A DNA stretch of 64,000 nt from an uncultured Chthonomonadaceae bacterium (GTDB lineage Bacteria; Armatimonadota; Chthonomonadetes; Chthonomonadales; Chthonomonadaceae): assembly GCA_963817895.1 (NCBI GenBank), contig CAWFQB010000001.1, forward strand, positions 736,001 to 800,000, read 5' to 3'. A program made the position numbers and the translations under genes. Within the stretch, counting starts at the first letter, position 1. Each line of letters starts with the position of its first letter. The notes below the pieces were generated by a model. It was not told the DNA's origin and made no database searches. It saw only the letters and a list, made by a program, of their open reading frames with translations. Shown one piece after another: positions 30,038 through 40,269 of this stretch.

Positions 30038-31144
30038 ATGAGTCTTTTTGGGAATTTTGCGGAACCGTCGCCTGCGGAACCACCCATGCACACGCCGGAC
30101 ATTGTGGAAACCCGAACCTATACCAACCCCCTGTATAATGGCTATTTTGCCGACCCGTTTATCTGGCAGCACAAGGGCGAGTATTACGCGATTGGAACGG
30201 GGCCACTGGAAGCCAACGGGCAGGTGACGCGGGCGAATGAGATGTCATCCTCCCTGCAAGCGCAGCTTCGCGTGTTTCCTCTGTTGCGCTCCGATGATTT
30301 TGTCACCTGGCATCCGGTGGGCGGGGCATTAATTCGGCCCGATGTCGCGCTTGGCGAAACATTCTGGGCGCCCGAAGTGGCGTATAACGACGGCAGCTTT
30401 TATATGTACTACTCGGTTGGCTTCGAGGACAAGAATCATCAGGTGCGCGTCGCGGCCAGCAATCACCCGATGGGGCCGTATACGGATTTGGGCAAAACGC
30501 TCGTCAATCCGCATACCACGCCGTTTGCCATTGACGCGCACCCGTTTCAGGACGATGACGGAACCTGGTATCTGTTCTGGGCGCAGGATTTTCTGGATAA
30601 CCGGGAGGGCGCGCGACCGGGAACCGCGCTGATGGTGGATCGGATGCTGGACATGACCACGCTTGCCGGAGAAGCCCGCCCGGTTTTGCGGGCGCGTTCC
30701 GAGTGGCAGCGGTTTCTAAAGGATCGTCCCATGTACGGCGGCATCTGGGACTGGCACACGCTGGAAGGCCCCTCCGTTCTCAAGCACGAGGGGCGCTACT
30801 ACTGCTTTTACAGCGGCGGGCGGTGGGAAAACGACAGCTACGGCGTGGATTACGGCGTGGCCGATCACCCGATGGGGCCGTATTCGGACGCGGGCAACGA
30901 GGCGGGCGCGCGGGTTCTGCGCACGGCTCCCGGTCACGCCATCGGGCCGGGGCATAACTCGTTCATCATCGGCCCGGACAGGCAGACGGAATACATCGTG
31001 TACCACGCCTGGGACGCGGGCATGATGCAGCGCCGCCTGTGTCTGGACAAACTGCTCTGGACGCCCGATGGCCCCCGCGCCGACGGCCCCACCTGGACGC
31101 CACAAACGGTTACAGCAATCAAAGATTGGCAGTCTACGTTGTAG
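30038..31144 (+). CDS. Glycoside hydrolase family 43
   Basis: FADPFI, WAPEV, AIDAHPF, LEGP and GPGHNS. Confidence 0.93.
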   Translation: MSLFGNFAEPSPAEPPMHTPDIVETRTYTNPLYNGYFADPFIWQHKGEYYAIGTGPLEANGQVTRANEMSSSLQAQLRVFPLLRSDDFVTWHPVGGALIRPDVALGETFWAPEVAYNDGSFYMYYSVGFEDKNHQVRVAASNHPMGPYTDLGKTLVNPHTTPFAIDAHPFQDDDGTWYLFWAQDFLDNREGARPGTALMVDRMLDMTTLAGEARPVLRARSEWQRFLKDRPMYGGIWDWHTLEGPSVLKHEGRYYCFYSGGRWENDSYGVDYGVADHPMGPYSDAGNEAGARVLRTAPGHAIGPGHNSFIIGPDRQTEYIVYHAWDAGMMQRRLCLDKLLWTPDGPRADGPTWTPQTVTAIKDWQSTL

Positions 31145-31415
31145 GAGCGGATTTATCGCCGAGAAGTTTGCCGCCATCGGCATTCATGGCCTGCAATTGC
31201 TGCGCGATGCGATCAAAATTTTGATTGGCGGTTTCGAGAGAGGTATATTCGGCGACCTGCTGACCGTCTAGTTCATGTCGGACATGTCCCGGCTCCGCGT
31301 AGCGGACAATGCGATAGTAGTTGCCCTGATGTATCAGGGCAACCTCCGCGCCGGTCTCCAGATTCGCGAGTAAACGTTCGTATGCCGGACGTTCGACGTT
31401 GGAAAGTATCCACAT
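31134..31415 (-). CDS. Hypothetical protein
   Basis: GGAGG RBS, 93 aa; the C-terminus overlaps a GTAG REP-like unit (31141-31162). Confidence 0.6.
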   Translation of the reverse strand: MWILSNVERPAYERLLANLETGAEVALIHQGNYYRIVRYAEPGHVRHELDGQQVAEYTSLETANQNFDRIAQQLQAMNADGGKLLGDKSAPTT

Positions 31416-31432
31416 AGCTGTTTCTGCCTCCT

Positions 31433-33364
31433 CTATTTACGGGCAATCCCAAGCACATTGGGGGCGGGAACGCGGGCATAGCCCGGACCGTTCGGAACAT
31501 ACGAGAACCGCCCGATGGCGCGATCTAATTGTGCGCGGCTCTGATTGTAATCGTAGATGGCGTTGACCTGATTGGTTTCCGCCTGCGTGAGCGCGGCCTG
31601 CGCGTCGCTGACTTCGAGCAGGGGCGAAATTCCCACCCGCGCCACCCCTGCCGTATAGCGGACACGCGCCAGTTGAAACGACGCCCGCGCCTGCGACAAT
31701 GCCTGATTCGCGACCGCCACCTGATCCCGCGCCTGCACTAAATTGAGATACGCCTGCTGCACGTCCAGCGTTACACTGTCAATCGCCTGCCGCTTGTTGG
31801 TAATGGCCGTCGCCTCGTCCGCCCGCGCCTGCTGTCTTCGCGCCCGCGCCAATCCGCCATCATAAAGCGGCAGGGTCAGGGCAATTCCCGCTTCCGGCTC
31901 ATTGATGCGGCGGTTGCCCGTCGAGTTGCGTACGTCGTAGTAGCCGAATGTCAGCGCCACACCCGGCAACAGGCTGCGATTCGCGTACTGTATACCCCGG
32001 CGGGCGGCGGCAATCTGCGCGTCACCCTCCAGCACTTCCGGGCGCGTGGCAAGCGCTTCTTTCAGCAGGGGCGCGAATTCGGGGCCGAGCGTCAACGCCT
32101 GATCTATCACCGTATCCGGGCGGGGCGCGGTCAAATTTACATTCTGTGCCGCAATGGTTTCCGGCAGGGGCGCGTTCGGGATGGCCCCGCTCCCTGTGCC
32201 GGAGGGCGGCACGTCGCTTTGTGGCGTCAGGGGCGTCACGGTCGGCGGAAGGACACCCGGCGGCTCCGCAACCGCGTCGCGATCCGAAATGCGCAGGGGC
32301 GTGGTCACATCAATACCGATAGCGTTGTTGAGGTAGCCGGTATTCAGGCTCACGCCGTTACGCGCCTGTATCACCAGTTTTTGCGCGTTTGCCACATCGG
32401 TTTGCGCCCGTACCACATCGAAATACGCCACCGTTTGTGTCTGGTAGCGCGTGTTGGCGAACTTCAGCCTGTCCAGCGAGTTTTGCAGGTTTTCGGTCGC
32501 CACTCCCACAAGAGCTTCGGAGCGCAGAACGCTGTAAAACGCCCCCTTCACATTGTACACAATCTGGTTACGCGCCCGGTTGATGTCTAATCGAGTCGCC
32601 ACTTCCTGAAACTGCGCCTGACTTGTCGCCGCCCGCAACGCGCCCGAAATATCGAACGGAATGGCAGCTACCGAAGTTCCCCCCGGCTGAAGCGAGTTGG
32701 CAAGAAAGGTTGGGCCGACGGAAACGCCGACATTGGGATTCAGCGCGGCGCGGGTTTCCGAGGTTCGCCCCTCCGCCCGGTACAAAGCCGTCGTGGAAAG
32801 CGCCAGTTGCGGGTTGGTTGCAAGCGCGATCCCTACAGCGTCGTTGAGGGTCAGTGGCTGCTCTGACAAACGGGCGGCCAGATCAATCAGCGCGGGCAAC
32901 GTGGCGGCGGGTTTGTCCGGGCGCGACGGCGGAAAAGCCGCAGGCGGAACAGGCGTTTGCAATCCGGTCGGCGGCGCGTCCTGCGGCAGCAGCGTGACGC
33001 CCAGTGGCGGCGAACCACCCTGCTTTTCCGGTTTCGTATCTGATTTAACATCCGGCTTCGCGCCCTGCTTTGTGTCCGGCTGCGTATTTGCGGGGACGGT
33101 TTGCGCGCTGACGGCATTTGCAGCAAAGCACATCAGGAACAGCGTGTATGTCAGGCCAGGCGTTGAAAACGCCTGTCTGAATGGCCTGCGGCCAAGCGTC
33201 CTACGGACGCAAATCTGTGTGTACAATGTCCTGCGTCCGTAGGACGCTTGGCCGCAGGCCACATAGACGGGTACTTTCAGTACCCGGAACAATGTGCCTG
33301 GCAGCGTACCCGTTTCCCCTCTTCTCTTGTTCGCGTTTCTACCTGTCACTAATCTACTTTCCAT
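31433..33364 (-). CDS. TolC family outer membrane efflux protein
   Basis: PLTLNDAVGIALATNP, LTLPLYDGG and ARVRYTAG...LLEVSDAQAAL; start uncertain (33364 or 33349). Confidence 0.9.
   Translation of the reverse strand: MESRLVTGRNANKRRGETGTLPGTLFRVLKVPVYVACGQASYGRRTLYTQICVRRTLGRRPFRQAFSTPGLTYTLFLMCFAANAVSAQTVPANTQPDTKQGAKPDVKSDTKPEKQGGSPPLGVTLLPQDAPPTGLQTPVPPAAFPPSRPDKPAATLPALIDLAARLSEQPLTLNDAVGIALATNPQLALSTTALYRAEGRTSETRAALNPNVGVSVGPTFLANSLQPGGTSVAAIPFDISGALRAATSQAQFQEVATRLDINRARNQIVYNVKGAFYSVLRSEALVGVATENLQNSLDRLKFANTRYQTQTVAYFDVVRAQTDVANAQKLVIQARNGVSLNTGYLNNAIGIDVTTPLRISDRDAVAEPPGVLPPTVTPLTPQSDVPPSGTGSGAIPNAPLPETIAAQNVNLTAPRPDTVIDQALTLGPEFAPLLKEALATRPEVLEGDAQIAAARRGIQYANRSLLPGVALTFGYYDVRNSTGNRRINEPEAGIALTLPLYDGGLARARRQQARADEATAITNKRQAIDSVTLDVQQAYLNLVQARDQVAVANQALSQARASFQLARVRYTAGVARVGISPLLEVSDAQAALTQAETNQVNAIYDYNQSRAQLDRAIGRFSYVPNGPGYARVPAPNVLGIARK
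33182..33261. repeat. GTAG-type REP doublet with 30-bp perfect inverted repeat
   Basis: TGGCCTGCGGCCAAGCGTCCTACGGACGCA (33182-33211) / 33232-33261. Confidence 0.88.
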
Positions 33365-35111
33365 TTGAGACGACATGCACGGGCATGCCCTCCAGTAAAT
33401 CATCGGTGGGGTTTTCCACAAGTGGCTGATTGGCGTTCAAGCCCTGCGTAATTTCCACTTCCTTGCCGTAATCGCGGCCCATGCGCACCGTCTGAAAATG
33501 CAGTTTGTGGTCTTTTGTCACGGTTGCCACGCGCGTCCCCTGCCCGTCGATGATGAGCGTGTCGGCGGGAACCCGCAGCAGCGGTTTGGCCTGCTTGCCT
33601 GTAAACTCCACCTGCGCGTACATGCCCGGTATCAGCGCGTTGTCGGGGTTGGCAAGGCGCACTTCGGTCAGCAGGGTGCGCGAACCCGCGTCCAACGCGC
33701 CCGCCGACCGCGATACCACGCCCGTATAGACTCGCCCCGGCTTCTCCTGAATGGTCACGCGCGCGGTTTGCCCGACCCGGATGGTGTCCATATTTGATTC
33801 GGGAACGTTGACCTGAATACGCAGCATGTCGGTGCGGGCGATCCCGAACAGGCCGGAATGGGGAACCGTGCTGCCCGGATCGTTAGACGCGCTCGAACTG
33901 CTGCCCGCATTGATGAGCGCGCCCGTATCCACGTTGCGGGCGGTAATCACGCCGTTGAACGGGGCCACAATACGCTCGAAACCCTTCAGCGCGGCGTAGC
34001 GGTTGACGCCCGCTTTGCTGGAAGCAATCGTTGCCTCCGACGCCCGGACATTGGCCCAACTCGCCGTGACAGCGGCCTGCATCGCCCGGATGCTGGCCTG
34101 ACTGGACAAAATAGCGGACTGCGCCGCGCCAACTTTCTCCTGCGCTGCGGCAATATCCGCCTGCGCCGCAGCCACATCGCCCTGACGCGAGCCGACGTTT
34201 GCCTGCGCCGCTTCCACATCCGCCTGCGCCAACTCGACATCCGCCTGCGCCCCGGTCACGCTCGACTGCGCGGTTTCAAAAGCGGCCTGCGTCTCGTCCA
34301 GCTCCTGCCCGGATACCGCCCCTCCCTTTGCCAGCTGCTGCCAGCGCTTCCACGTTTTCTCCGCAAGGGCGTAGCGCGTTCGCGCCCGTTCCTGATCAGC
34401 TTTGCGGGCGTTGATTTTTTTGCGGGTCTGCGCCAGCATCGCCTGCGATTGCGACAGCGCGCTTTCCGCTTCCAGTTCTTTGGCTTTGGAATGGGCAAGG
34501 TCGGCGCGGGCGGCTTCCCGATTGGATTGGGCGCGGGCGAGTTCGGCCTGCGCCTGCGCGACATTGGCCTCCAGTCGGGCAACATCGGCCTGCGCCTGCT
34601 CGCCCCCCGCCTGCGATTTCGACGTTTCCGCTTTGGCCTGCATCAGCTGCTCATCCACTTCGGGCGCTTCGATTTCGGCCAGAACCTGCCCCGCTTTCAC
34701 GCGGGAACCGATGTCTACAAACCGATGGCGCAGATAGCCGCCTGTCCGCGCATTGATGGTCGTCTCTTCCACCGCCTGAATGTTGCCGGGTAACACGATT
34801 TCCCCGCCGCCCTTTGTATACTGCGGCAGAACCACGTTAACGGGCGTGACCGTATCGTGTTCCACAACGGCCATTGCGTCGAGTTTCTTTTGCTGTTTCA
34901 GGCGCGGCATAATTCCAAGCGCGAGCAGGCCGCCGACAAGCGCGACACCGGCAGCCGCGCCGACAATCCGCTTGCCCGGACCGGCGGGTGGCTGCTGCGC
35001 CGGATGGTTGCGATGCTTGCTGTGCTGCTGATGCTGCGATTTATGCGCGTCGTGTTCCTCATGGGCGGGCGCGTGGTTTACGGCGTCAGGGGATGCGTGG
35101 GCAGAATTCAT
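33354..35111 (-). CDS. RND efflux periplasmic adaptor (MFP) with long coiled-coil hairpin
   Basis: INARTGGYL...VDIGSRVKAGQVLAEI, IVAPFNGVITARNVD and LIPGMYA. Confidence 0.92.
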   Translation of the reverse strand: MNSAHASPDAVNHAPAHEEHDAHKSQHQQHSKHRNHPAQQPPAGPGKRIVGAAAGVALVGGLLALGIMPRLKQQKKLDAMAVVEHDTVTPVNVVLPQYTKGGGEIVLPGNIQAVEETTINARTGGYLRHRFVDIGSRVKAGQVLAEIEAPEVDEQLMQAKAETSKSQAGGEQAQADVARLEANVAQAQAELARAQSNREAARADLAHSKAKELEAESALSQSQAMLAQTRKKINARKADQERARTRYALAEKTWKRWQQLAKGGAVSGQELDETQAAFETAQSSVTGAQADVELAQADVEAAQANVGSRQGDVAAAQADIAAAQEKVGAAQSAILSSQASIRAMQAAVTASWANVRASEATIASSKAGVNRYAALKGFERIVAPFNGVITARNVDTGALINAGSSSSASNDPGSTVPHSGLFGIARTDMLRIQVNVPESNMDTIRVGQTARVTIQEKPGRVYTGVVSRSAGALDAGSRTLLTEVRLANPDNALIPGMYAQVEFTGKQAKPLLRVPADTLIIDGQGTRVATVTKDHKLHFQTVRMGRDYGKEVEITQGLNANQPLVENPTDDLLEGMPVHVVSNGK

Positions 35112-35143
35112 ACGTTTTTCCTATAATCGCAATCTGTACAGGT

Positions 35144-38100
35144 TTATGGCAAGGGCGCGGCGGCAGGTTCTGTGACCATAAACGGGGGCTTGCGCCGCAA
35201 AATGCTGTAAATCACCGGCACGAACAGCAGCGTGGAGACGGTTGCCAGTATCAGGCCGCCGATAACGGCGCGACCGAGCGGCGCGTTTTGCTCGCCGCCC
35301 TCGCCCAATCCCATTGCCATCGGCATCATTCCCAAAATCATGGCGAGCGCGGTCATCAGGACGGGGCGCAGGCGCGTACAGCCTGCCGCCATTGCCGCCG
35401 TCAGCGCGGTATCGCCCTCCAACTGCCGGTCATTGGCGAATGTCACGACAAGAATACTGTTGGCGGTGGAAACGCCGATACACATGATCGCGCCCATGAG
35501 CGCGGGGACGCTGAAAACCGTATGCGTGATGAACAGCATCCAGATAATGCCGCACAATGCGCCGGGAAGGGCGCTAATGATAATCAGCGGGTCTACGAGC
35601 GACTGGTAATTGACCACCATGAGCAGGTAAATGAAGATGATAGAAAACAGCAGCCCCATGCCAAGCCCGATAAACGAGGTTGTCATGCTTTCCACCTGCC
35701 CGCGCACTACAAGGGATGTGCCTTTGGGCAAATGCGGCTGCATCTGTTTCAAGACCGCGTTGATGTCGCGGGACACGCCGCCCAGATCGCGATCCTGCAC
35801 GTTGGCGTAAATGTCGTAAGTGGGCTGTACATTGTAGTGGTTGATAACTTCGCTGGTCTTGCGCCGCTGCAAAACCGCCAGATTGCTCAACAATTGGGGT
35901 GTCCGCCCGCCGCTTGCCGTTACGGACGTGCTTTGCAGCGTGTCCACGCTGTTCAGGCGGTACTGCGGCGTTTGCACGGCAACCAGATAGCTGACGCCGT
36001 TTTTGGGGTCGAGCCAGTAGTTGGGGAACGTTTGCCCGCTGGACGCGAGCGAAATCAGCAGGTTGTTGGCAACATCGCGCTGTGTCATGCCGAACGCCTG
36101 CGCGCGTTCGCGGTTCACATTCACGCGCAATTCCGGCATATCCACGACCTGATGAATATGCGTGTCCGCCGCGCCCGGAATACGCCGGACACGGGCCGCG
36201 ATCTGTTCGGCAAGCGCGAAGTTGGCCGGGTCGCGTCCCGTCACCTGAATGTCAATGGGCGCGGGCAGGCCGAAGTTCAAAATCTGGCTGGTAATGTCGG
36301 CGGGCTGAAAGAAAAACGTCAGTTCGGGAAACTGCTGCGGCAATTGGCGGCGCAGTCCCTCGATAATATCCGCCGTCGGGCCGTGACCCTCCTTCAGCGT
36401 AATCAGAATCTCGCCGTCCGAAGGCCCGATGCTTCCGGTCGTGCTGTACGCGAAGTTGACGCCGCCCACAGGCAGGCCGATGTTATCCAGTGTCAAATCC
36501 AGTTGATCGGCGGGAATGGATTTTCGGATCGCGCTTTCCACCCGCGAAAACAGCCGCTCCGTTTCCTCAATGCGCGTTCCGGCAGGCGCGCGAACGTGCA
36601 GCCGGAATTGTCCCGCGTCTACGGACGGGAAAAAGTCCTGCCCGATGAACGGCAGCAGACACGCCGACCCGACAAACAGCAGCGCGTACAGCGCCAGAAT
36701 CCCCACTCGATTCGCCAACGCCGCCCGCAGTTTCTTCCGATACCACCCCAAAAACACATCAAAGAACCGATTGAAAATTTGATGGACGCGCCATACAAGG
36801 TCGCCAGAGGGGGTGTTGGGCAGGGATGAGGGATGAGGGATGAGGGATGAAGTCTCCTCTTCTCCTTTTCTCCTTTTCTCCTTTTCTTCTGTCTTCTCCC
36901 CTTCTGAATTTTCGTGTCCATGCGCGTGAAGATGGACTTCCTTGCCCAAAAGCAGGTTGCACATCACGGGAATGTAGGTGCGCGACAGGACGAACGAGGC
37001 GATCATGGCGTACACGACGGCGAGAGCAAGGGGCTTGAACAGGGAACCCGCCGCGCCGCTGAGGAATAGAATCGGCACGAACACGATACAAATGGCGAGC
37101 GTGGCGACAAGGGAGGGCGCGGCGATCTGCTGGCCTCCCTCCACAATGGCGTGAAACAGAGTCTTGCCCATTCCCAGATTGCGGTAGATGTTTTCGATGG
37201 CGACAATGGCGTTGTCCACGAGGATGCCGACGGCAAGGGCGAGTCCGCCCAATGTCATCACGTTCATCGTTTGCCCGGTCGCGCCTAAAATCACAATCGA
37301 ACACAAAATAGCGAGCGGAATGGACGTGGCGACAATCAGGGTGCTGCGCCAACTGCCCAAAAACAGCAGAATCATCAGCGCGGTCAGGGCGGCGGCAATC
37401 ACGCCCTCGCGCACAACGCCGTTGACGGACGCCCGCACGAAAAAAGACTGGTCGGAGAGAATATCCACGTTCAAACCGGGCGGCAGGGTAGACTTGATTT
37501 TAGGAAGCACGGCTCGGACACCGTCCACGACATTGAGCGTACTGGCGTTGCCGCTTTTCAGAATCGTAAGCAAGACCGAGCGCCTGCCGTCAATGTTGAC
37601 GATGTTCGTTTGTACCGCGAAGCCGTCATGCACCTGCGCCACGTCGCGCACATATACCATTGCGCCATTTACCTGCTTGATGGGCAGGCCGTTGAGCAGG
37701 TTGATGGCGTCGGGGCTGCTGTTCAGGCTGACCGTGTATTCGCGGCTGCCCATTTTGGCCGTGCCGGAGGGCAAAATTAAATTCTGCGCGCTGATAGCCG
37801 CGCTCACATCGTAGGCCGTCAACCCCTTTGCCTGAAGCGCCTGCGGGTCCAAATCCACCATGATCTGGCGCGGCTTGCCGCCGTACGGCGAGGGCGTGGA
37901 CGCGCCGCGAACCGTCGCAAGCTGCGTACGCACAAAGTTCTGCGCGTAATCGTAAATCTGCGACTCGGACATGGTTTTGCTGCTGACGCCAAGCTGCAAA
38001 ATGGGGACGCTGGACGCGCTGTACTGAATAATCAGGGGCGGCGTGATACCGGGCGGCAGGGTTTTGAGCAGAGTTTGACTGGTAGCCGTAAGCTGCGCGA

Positions 38101-38416
38101 CAGCGGCCTCCACTTTCGCGCCGGGCTGAAAGAACAGCTTGATAACGCTCACGCCCGGCATGGACTGCGATTCGATGTGTTCAATGTCGTTGACGCTGGT
38201 GGTGTACGAGCGTTCGGCAGTGGTCACGATCCGCTTTTCCATGTCGTTGGGCGACGCGCCGCTGTAGGCCCAGATCACGCTGGCGACGGGAATGTCAATG
38301 TTGGGAAAAACATCCGTAGGCGTACTCTGGACGCTGACCACGCCGATAATCACGATCAGCACCGCCATGACAAGAAAGGTGTAGGGTCGGCGCAGGGCCG
38401 TTTCAACGATAGACAT
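35144..38416 (-). CDS. RND efflux permease (AcrB/AcrD/AcrF family)
   Basis: TDVFPNIDIP, GILVDNAIVAIENI and RLRPVLMTALAMILGMMP. Confidence 0.95.
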   Translation of the reverse strand: MSIVETALRRPYTFLVMAVLIVIIGVVSVQSTPTDVFPNIDIPVASVIWAYSGASPNDMEKRIVTTAERSYTTSVNDIEHIESQSMPGVSVIKLFFQPGAKVEAAVAQLTATSQTLLKTLPPGITPPLIIQYSASSVPILQLGVSSKTMSESQIYDYAQNFVRTQLATVRGASTPSPYGGKPRQIMVDLDPQALQAKGLTAYDVSAAISAQNLILPSGTAKMGSREYTVSLNSSPDAINLLNGLPIKQVNGAMVYVRDVAQVHDGFAVQTNIVNIDGRRSVLLTILKSGNASTLNVVDGVRAVLPKIKSTLPPGLNVDILSDQSFFVRASVNGVVREGVIAAALTALMILLFLGSWRSTLIVATSIPLAILCSIVILGATGQTMNVMTLGGLALAVGILVDNAIVAIENIYRNLGMGKTLFHAIVEGGQQIAAPSLVATLAICIVFVPILFLSGAAGSLFKPLALAVVYAMIASFVLSRTYIPVMCNLLLGKEVHLHAHGHENSEGEKTEEKEKRRKGEEETSSLIPHPSSLPNTPSGDLVWRVHQIFNRFFDVFLGWYRKKLRAALANRVGILALYALLFVGSACLLPFIGQDFFPSVDAGQFRLHVRAPAGTRIEETERLFSRVESAIRKSIPADQLDLTLDNIGLPVGGVNFAYSTTGSIGPSDGEILITLKEGHGPTADIIEGLRRQLPQQFPELTFFFQPADITSQILNFGLPAPIDIQVTGRDPANFALAEQIAARVRRIPGAADTHIHQVVDMPELRVNVNRERAQAFGMTQRDVANNLLISLASSGQTFPNYWLDPKNGVSYLVAVQTPQYRLNSVDTLQSTSVTASGGRTPQLLSNLAVLQRRKTSEVINHYNVQPTYDIYANVQDRDLGGVSRDINAVLKQMQPHLPKGTSLVVRGQVESMTTSFIGLGMGLLFSIIFIYLLMVVNYQSLVDPLIIISALPGALCGIIWMLFITHTVFSVPALMGAIMCIGVSTANSILVVTFANDRQLEGDTALTAAMAAGCTRLRPVLMTALAMILGMMPMAMGLGEGGEQNAPLGRAVIGGLILATVSTLLFVPVIYSILRRKPPFMVTEPAAAPLP
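36823..36905 (-). repeat. In-frame octamer/heptamer insert in the RND permease
   Basis: Coding strand (GGAGAAAA)n + (TCATCCC)4, encoding EEKEKRRKGEEETSSLIPHPSS. Confidence 0.9.
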
Positions 38417-38686
38417 AGGTGTTTCAGGTAAACAGGGTTTCAGGTAAATAAGTAAATAACCCAAGTTGCTACCTTAAACCGTGTTTGAGATAGCGGCGTA
38501 CCAAAAGTAGCTCTTTGCGCCTGTAGCTTCGAGATTGAGAAATCAAGGTAGCAACTTGGGTTAAATAGGGTGAGCGTCGTCAACAATACAGAGGCAGGCG
38601 TGAATGTTTTTGCCTGCCGCAAGTAAGGGCAATTCTTCTTGCCCGAAAAGTTCCGACAGGGAAAACTTTTTTGCGCGTTGCCCATA

Positions 38687-38787
38687 TTCGTCTTGAACCA
38701 TGATTTATGTGATTAACGGATTACCATGATTGTGCCGGTCTTCATCATGGTAGTCCTGAAATCATCAAAATCATGGTTCAAGACGAA
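38687..38787. repeat. Intergenic palindrome with 20-bp perfect terminal inverted repeat and internal GATT/AATC units
   Basis: TTCGTCTTGAACCATGATTT / AAATCATGGTTCAAGACGAA. Confidence 0.85.
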
Positions 38788-38934
38788 GCGCGTATTTTCT
38801 TTTTGCGGCAGGGAACTTTCCACGCCTGCCGGTACGCCAATACAAGCAGAACGCGAAAACACCGTTTGAGTAACCGCGCGCATCATACTGTCAACGATGT
38901 CAGCGATTGTTTGCTTCGGAGAGCGTCATCTGTT

Positions 38935-39573
38935 ATGGCTGTGGAAAATATCTTACAGGCCGCCAAAACCGCATTTACCGAGTCCCCGATGAGGCTGAAG
39001 CTACTCGCGCGCAGGCGCGGCGTAACCGAAACGCGCAACGAGCAGGCCACGTTCGAGGCGCTGATTGACGGCTGCTGGGACGCGCTGTGGCGCTACGCCT
39101 ACCACACCACCGGAAACGCGGAAGAAGCGGAAGACCTGCTGAGTGAAACCCTGCTGGAAGGCTTTCGCAGTTTCGCGCAGTTTCGCGGCGATACCCAATT
39201 CGTTCGCTGGATGTACCGCGTGATGACAACCACGCGCATTGACATGACCCGCCGCGCCGCCCGCCGTAAAACCGAGAGTCTGGACGCGATGCAGGCAAAG
39301 TCATCGGGCGGTGAGGAAGCGTTAGCGGATGGGGAAGCAAACCCGGAAGCGATTATTGTCGGCTCGATGCTTTCCGAGCCGGTGCAGCAGGCGCTGGCCG
39401 GATTGTCCGAAGAGTACCGGGCGGTAGTGGTTCTGGCGGATATGGAACAAATGGATTATGCCGATGTCAGCCGCATCCTACAAATCCCGGTGGGTACGGT
39501 GCGTTCGCGCCTGCACAGAGCGCGCGCCAATCTGCGTCAATCGCTGGCCGCGTATGTGGAAGATTGTTGGTAA
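38935..39573 (+). CDS. ECF RNA polymerase sigma-70 factor
   Basis: AEDLLSETLLEGFRSFAQFRG...WMYRV; GTVRSRLHRAR. Confidence 0.93.
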   Translation: MAVENILQAAKTAFTESPMRLKLLARRRGVTETRNEQATFEALIDGCWDALWRYAYHTTGNAEEAEDLLSETLLEGFRSFAQFRGDTQFVRWMYRVMTTTRIDMTRRAARRKTESLDAMQAKSSGGEEALADGEANPEAIIVGSMLSEPVQQALAGLSEEYRAVVVLADMEQMDYADVSRILQIPVGTVRSRLHRARANLRQSLAAYVEDCW

Positions 39574-39628
39574 GGCGTTTGCAAAAAGATAAACGTTCCA
39601 GTCCGCGCAGGGGAGGACATAACATGTT

Positions 39629-40246
39629 ATGTCCCTACGTTATCACAGTCGCGAGAGAAAATTGAAACAGGTTCTTATGGACACAGGCAGGAAGCAGGAC
39701 ATGGACATACATGAGCGCGTGATGGCGCATCTCAATGACTTCTTAGATGGAACGATGGGGGCGGCGCAGGCGCAGGAACTGAACGCGCATTTGCAGGACT
39801 GCGCCGATTGCCGTCGGGAATACCGCGCCCTGAAAGCCACGCAGGAGTTGGTTCGCCATGCGCCTGTCGCGGACGGCAGCAAAGCGCAAACCCGCGTGAT
39901 GGCGCGTTTCCGGCAGGCCGTTGCCGCGCCCGTTGCAAATCCCGCGCCCGCTCGTGTCGCGTTTCCCATGCGGCGCGCGCTTCCGCTTGGCGCGGCAATG
40001 ATGACGGCAGGCGCGTTGTGCGTGGTTATGCTGCCGCACCTGTACCCCGCCGCTGCGCCTGTTACACTGCCCGACACTCCGATTCTGCTGGCGACGGCTG
40101 CCTGTACGCCCAATCTGCCGACCCCCGACGCGCTGGATCAGATGACTTCGGCCCATGCGGTGCAGAGTTTCACTATTCAGAACGGCAGCGTGGAATTGCA
40201 GCGGGAAACGCTGGCGGATGTGAATTCTCGCCTGTCCTCACATTAG
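39629..40246 (+). CDS. Zinc-binding (zf-HC2) anti-sigma factor
   Basis: HLQDCADC motif and a single TM; start may be 39677 or 39701. Confidence 0.85.
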   Translation: MSLRYHSRERKLKQVLMDTGRKQDMDIHERVMAHLNDFLDGTMGAAQAQELNAHLQDCADCRREYRALKATQELVRHAPVADGSKAQTRVMARFRQAVAAPVANPAPARVAFPMRRALPLGAAMMTAGALCVVMLPHLYPAAAPVTLPDTPILLATAACTPNLPTPDALDQMTSAHAVQSFTIQNGSVELQRETLADVNSRLSSH

Positions 40247-40269
40247 GAAATTTACACGAATATTCCAAC

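Noticed and set aside
39808..40269. N-terminal extension of the 500-aa RseB ORF
   Set aside because: Overlaps the anti-sigma gene; the signal-like start MKIWPYIL at 40270 is more plausible.
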